Source of the DNA: Candidatus Hydrogenedens sp.
GTDB taxonomy: Bacteria; Hydrogenedentota; Hydrogenedentia; Hydrogenedentales; Hydrogenedentaceae
Reading direction: 5' to 3'
DNA: 64,000 nt
NCBI GenBank assembly: GCA_049968235.1
Contig: JBMFRC010000010.1
Coordinates: forward strand, 39,468-103,467
Under the pieces are notes generated by a model, which ran no database searches, was not told the DNA's origin, and saw nothing but the letters and a program-made list of their open reading frames with translations. Below, piece by piece: positions 60,337-64,000 of this stretch (its first letter is position 1; each line of letters starts with the position of its first letter). The position numbers and the translations under genes are program-made.

Positions 60337-60357
60337 TATTAATACTCTACCATTTAA

Positions 60358-61212
60358 CTAAATATTTATAGGAATATCTATCCATTCAACATATTCAATA
60401 TCTTCTTTTAAGAATCTATTCCCGATTTTTTTAAACTTTTCTGGAGCGTCTGTAACAAAATACATGATTTTGTTACCATTAGATATTTTTATATCTTTTC
60501 TCATTAAATTGCAACTTTGTAATAAATTTACTACCTCTACTGCGGTTTCTTCTGCACTATCTACTATTTGTATAGAAAAATTATTAAATGTATTTTCTAT
60601 GGTTTTTTTTAGTAATGGGTAATGTGTACATGCCAATAATAATGTATCAATATTCTCTTTTATTATCGGTGTCAGATATTCAGACACTATCAAAGAAGGG
60701 ATTTCTCCTTCTATCCATCCTTCTTCAACTAATGGAACAAATAAAGGGCATGCTTTAGAAAATATGTGAACATCTGGAGCAATATTTTTTATAACTTTTT
60801 CATAAGATTGGCTACTGATAGTTCCTTCAGTTCCTATAATCCCCACTCTTTTATTCTTTGTTTTCTTTACAACTGCTTTTGCTCCCGGTTCAACAACACC
60901 AATAATAGGTATGTCAATTTCTTTTTTAATTGTATCTAAAGCAAATGATGAAGCGGTATTGCATGCAATAATTAGGAGTTTTATCCCTTTTTGAATCAGG
61001 AAATTTGTACAGGAACGGGCATATCGAATAACAGTTTCCGGCGACCTTGTGCCATAAGGAACCCTTGCGGTATCGCCTAAATAATAAAACATCTCATTAG
61101 GCAATTTCTTTTTTAATTCCGCAAGCACCGTTAATCCACCAATTCCAGAATCAAATACTCCTATCTTTAAATCGTTATGGTTCAAGTTAGAGTCTGTCAT
61201 TTTTTTATTCAT
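60358..61212 (-). CDS. murI: glutamate racemase
   Basis: IGVFDSGIGGLTV and ACNTAS/CTHYPLL catalytic Cys motifs. Confidence 0.85.
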   Translation of the reverse strand: MNKKMTDSNLNHNDLKIGVFDSGIGGLTVLAELKKKLPNEMFYYLGDTARVPYGTRSPETVIRYARSCTNFLIQKGIKLLIIACNTASSFALDTIKKEIDIPIIGVVEPGAKAVVKKTKNKRVGIIGTEGTISSQSYEKVIKNIAPDVHIFSKACPLFVPLVEEGWIEGEIPSLIVSEYLTPIIKENIDTLLLACTHYPLLKKTIENTFNNFSIQIVDSAEETAVEVVNLLQSCNLMRKDIKISNGNKIMYFVTDAPEKFKKIGNRFLKEDIEYVEWIDIPINI

Positions 61213-61843
61213 TACATATTAGGGAATAATCGGGGGTAAATGATTGAGACCAACTGATATGCTTCGGGAATTCTACCATAGGAACAGAACCCTCGATAAG
61301 GAATTTTACTCCTTTTACAACTGTATTTTCGGTTAACTCTTTTTGCATGAGTGAATCTACTATTGAATAAGTAAATAATGATTCAAATAATGTGGTGGTA
61401 TTTTTCTCATATTTTGTTATGATGAGGGAAGGTAAATCAATAATCAATTCTCCTTCTGGGGTTAAAAAAATACCTCTCAGAGTAATATCTTCTGGAAAAG
61501 GTGGAACATAGGTTTCAACTTTTATGTTCTTCATAGCATTTAATATCTGTTTGCAGTTCTCTTGATAGGATGTCTTGCTTTCAATTTGAATTTCAAGCGG
61601 GTGTAAACAGGTCCCCTCTTTTGATAATACATATATAGTTACACTTTTATTCTGAGATGCCTGTTGCGTTGAATTATTCGGCAATTTTTGTGGAGATGTA
61701 TTAACAATTGTATTGACAAGTGCAGAATTTTCCTGTATTAACTCATAAACCATAAACACTATTATCAAAATAGCAATTATAGTAATTGCAGACCATATAG
61801 TAAAGAATAATCTTCGTATTGTTTTTTGTTTCAATTCATTCAT
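61205..61843 (-). CDS. GerMN-domain-like membrane-anchored protein (tentative)
   Basis: N-terminal TM; GerMN-like blocks (VTIYVL..., ITLRGIFLTPEGELIIDL); sits between the amidase and murI as GerM-like genes often do. Confidence 0.4.
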   Translation of the reverse strand: MNELKQKTIRRLFFTIWSAITIIAILIIVFMVYELIQENSALVNTIVNTSPQKLPNNSTQQASQNKSVTIYVLSKEGTCLHPLEIQIESKTSYQENCKQILNAMKNIKVETYVPPFPEDITLRGIFLTPEGELIIDLPSLIITKYEKNTTTLFESLFTYSIVDSLMQKELTENTVVKGVKFLIEGSVPMVEFPKHISWSQSFTPDYSLICNE

Positions 61844-61844
61844 T

Positions 61845-62954
61845 TTACTTCTTTTCTTTTATACTGTTTTTTATATTTTTTATCGTATCTGTAATAATTG
61901 AGTATATATCTGACTTTTTATCCAGAAAAGTATCCCATTTTTCTTCTTTTAAATCATCCTTATATCTTGGAATAAGTTCCAATATTATCCCGGGAATATT
62001 CGTACAATCGCTCAAATATAAAGGGAAAGAGTATTTTTCAACTCTCATGTCTTTATATTTTTCCTTTATTGACTTAATAATTTCATCGGCAATATAGTTG
62101 TTTTTTGTGTTTAAATCATTATTGGAAAGTTTAGAAACAAAAATTACCAAACCTTCCCTTTCTTTCACCGGGGCTTCTGTATGGACACTAATAAAATAGT
62201 CTACTTTTTCATTTAGCATACCATTACATCTTTCTTTCATACCTATAAATTGTTCACTTACTCTGCTTAATGCTGTATTTATGTTATCTTTTTTCATTTG
62301 TTCATCAAGATTTGTGGCAAATAATAATGTTATTTCCTTTTCATATTTACCCGAAGGGAGAGTTAGGCCTCTATCCTCTCCCCCATGCCCTGCGTCGATA
62401 AAAATTTTATCTAATGTAAATATATTCTCCTTTTTCGGTGTAACAATTTCCTGGTCTGTAGAAACTTTTTCCATTAAATATTTTTCATTTATTTCTGTTT
62501 CATTTTCTTTGGTGTTATCAATAGGTTGTTCTTCAACAGTTTTTTCTTGAATGGTATCTTTTGTCTCTAACTTTCCGCCTGTTATATTCTGGATTAATAG
62601 TTTTGCATCATTTAGCTCTATCCATATTGTATCCTGCCATATTTTTATCGGATTTTGAAGTTGAATAAGTTTTGTTTCTGTTATATCGTTAATACTGGCA
62701 AGATTGTTCTGAAAATCTAAGTTCACATTTTTATTATTTATGGATAATTTAACAAGGTTATCTTGTATACTAATTGCTCCATTTATCTTCATGATTAAAC
62801 TTGGAAGATGAATGTAAATTCTCCCCTCTTCGTAGTAAGAATCTATATTTACAGTTTGCTCCGAATCGGGTAGTGAAATTACAACATTTACAGCATAAGC
62901 AAGTTGTATTACAGATGAAAAAAACAAAATACACAATAATATTTTTTTATTCAT
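61845..62954 (-). CDS. N-acetylmuramoyl-L-alanine amidase (Amidase_3, AmiC-like) with N-terminal AMIN-like domain
   Basis: IFIDAGHGGEDRG zinc-site motif, downstream HTEA; signal peptide. Confidence 0.75.
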   Translation of the reverse strand: MNKKILLCILFFSSVIQLAYAVNVVISLPDSEQTVNIDSYYEEGRIYIHLPSLIMKINGAISIQDNLVKLSINNKNVNLDFQNNLASINDITETKLIQLQNPIKIWQDTIWIELNDAKLLIQNITGGKLETKDTIQEKTVEEQPIDNTKENETEINEKYLMEKVSTDQEIVTPKKENIFTLDKIFIDAGHGGEDRGLTLPSGKYEKEITLLFATNLDEQMKKDNINTALSRVSEQFIGMKERCNGMLNEKVDYFISVHTEAPVKEREGLVIFVSKLSNNDLNTKNNYIADEIIKSIKEKYKDMRVEKYSFPLYLSDCTNIPGIILELIPRYKDDLKEEKWDTFLDKKSDIYSIITDTIKNIKNSIKEKK

Positions 62955-63146
62955 TGCATAAAACCAGAACGATTTTTTACTTACTTTTTTCCAAATTGAT
63001 GATTCTTTGTTTGATAATCAAACTTTTGTCAAAAGATTTTACATTTGATGAAAAAGGTTTTATTGTATTAATTAATATTCCTATAAAAATAACGAATAAT
63101 ATCAAAAGAATTATAATTCCTATGATTTTCCTTTTTCTTTCAGAAC

Positions 63147-63575
63147 TCATTTCTCTTTTCTTTTTATTTCTAATATTTCATGAGTTGTCAATGATTCGCC
63201 AATTTTAGGTACTTTTCTTTCATTCAACTTAATCTGTGATTGTGCTTTAATAACTTCTGCGTTTAATTTTTCTAAACATGCCTGACATAATTTTTTTGTA
63301 GCACTTATTGCAGGTGCACCACACATACCACATTTAATATTCTCACCTAATTCGATGGAACTAACTAACATTCCAAGGTCTATCATTCTGTTTACAACCC
63401 GAATGTCCACCTGTGCCTTTTCTGCAATTTCTTCTGCATTAAGATTAGGCTCATCTGCGACTACTCTTCTTACTTTTTCCATATCCTCATCTTCTGCTTT
63501 TTGGCATATTGAACAGACAGGGGATGACTTCTTATTGAACATTTTTCCACATCGGGCACATGTTGCTAATGGCAT
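63147..63575 (-). CDS. TIGR03826-like flagellar-operon zinc-ribbon protein (YvyF-like)
   Basis: Two CxxC...CxxC zinc ribbons (CARCGKMF...CSIC; CGMCGAP...CQAC) flanking an acidic/helical middle, as in YvyF-family proteins. Confidence 0.5.
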   Translation of the reverse strand: MPLATCARCGKMFNKKSSPVCSICQKAEDEDMEKVRRVVADEPNLNAEEIAEKAQVDIRVVNRMIDLGMLVSSIELGENIKCGMCGAPAISATKKLCQACLEKLNAEVIKAQSQIKLNERKVPKIGESLTTHEILEIKRKEK

Positions 63576-63576
63576 A

Positions 63577-64000
63577 TTATGTTTCTCCTTTCATTGAATA
63601 CCACAATTTGATAGATGAAAAATCAATTTTTGCATTACCTATTATACTTGATTTTATAATTTTTCCGTTATTATTTGTAGAAAGAGCACAAACTAAAGAC
63701 TTTATAGGAATCTGTTTTTCATTTCTTAAAGCCTTTGCGGGTTTGGGATACTCAACATTTACCCATACCATTTCTTTTATCCTTTTATCTATAAAAGGAC
63801 CTATATCATCAATACCTACAATAGTAATCTTTGCTTCTGGAGTAAAAATATATTTGTCTTCTACTCCTTCTGGGGTAAGATAATTTTTATTAATATCCCT
63901 ACTATTTATTTCTTTTGCTATTCTTTCTTTTTCTTTTTCTATTTTCTGCTGGTCACCATTATTTATCTTACCGTTATAACGCAGTCTATCCTGTATCCAT
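63577..64000 (-). CDS. hypothetical protein, C-terminal 141 codons of a gene whose start lies beyond the window
   Basis: Open frame runs continuously from the window edge (…WIQDRLRYNGK…IVGIDDIGPF…) to the stop at 63577, 1 nt before the next gene start. Confidence 0.4.
   Translation of the reverse strand, partial: WIQDRLRYNGKINNGDQQKIEKEKERIAKEINSRDINKNYLTPEGVEDKYIFTPEAKITIVGIDDIGPFIDKRIKEMVWVNVEYPKPAKALRNEKQIPIKSLVCALSTNNNGKIIKSSIIGNAKIDFSSIKLWYSMKGET

Noticed and set aside
62801-63208. 135-aa + strand ORF across the amidase start and intergenic region
   Set aside because: It is low-complexity, overlaps two minus-strand genes, and has no RBS. It is probably spurious.
1-64000. CRISPR arrays, IS elements, integrases, restriction-modification or toxin-antitoxin defence islands
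   Set aside because: I found no direct-repeat arrays and no transposase, integrase, helicase/nuclease or methylase genes. Composition is uniform, and the tRNA-Ser is not flanked by mobile genes.

Overview
This is 64 kb of low-GC (roughly one-third G+C), gene-dense chromosomal DNA carrying about 58 protein genes and one tRNA. The genes have Shine-Dalgarno sites and include an outer-membrane complement (TolC, FadL, PagL-like, RND efflux), so the source is a didermic bacterium. I see no transposase, integrase, CRISPR array or restriction-modification genes, so this looks like core genome rather than a mobile island.

Recognisable blocks:
- **Bacillithiol:** a co-linear biosynthesis operon bshC-bshB1-bshA, followed by a NYN/LabA plus cold-shock fusion gene.
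- **Peptide transport:** oppCBA permease/binding-protein genes with no ATPase partner in the window.
- **Rhamnose-related:** GH78 alpha-L-rhamnosidase and rhamnulokinase, with a Zn-alcohol dehydrogenase and two Gfo/Idh/MocA oxidoreductases.
- **tRNA:** tRNA-Ser(UGA).
- **Signalling cluster:** CHAD, HDOD, a PAS/GAF histidine kinase and a REC-PilZ-like regulator.
- **Redox/iron:** a ferritin-like gene with a Fur-family-like palindrome upstream, a NUDIX-MBL fusion, and a RACo-like [2Fe-2S]-ASKHA protein.
- **Glycan operon:** radical SAM/SPASM-like, GT4, WecA/MraY-family transferase and a 966-aa O-antigen-ligase-like/TPR membrane protein. This operon, together with the divergent RACo-like gene, is the most likely undescribed system here.
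- **Efflux:** tetR-tolC-mfp-RND, with twin 9-4-9 palindromes upstream.
- **Pilus:** an orphan pilT with a CBM4_9-coiled-coil protein and a coupled 39-aa membrane peptide.
- **Cell wall:** amiC-gerMN-murI-divergent polysaccharide deacetylase-tsaD.
- **Edge of window:** a TIGR03826-like flagellar-operon zinc-ribbon gene.

Two genes, the histidine kinase and the FadL-like outer membrane protein, are each split by a frameshift. Both are repaired by adding a single A to an AAA run, which points to homopolymer under-calling in the assembly rather than real pseudogenes.
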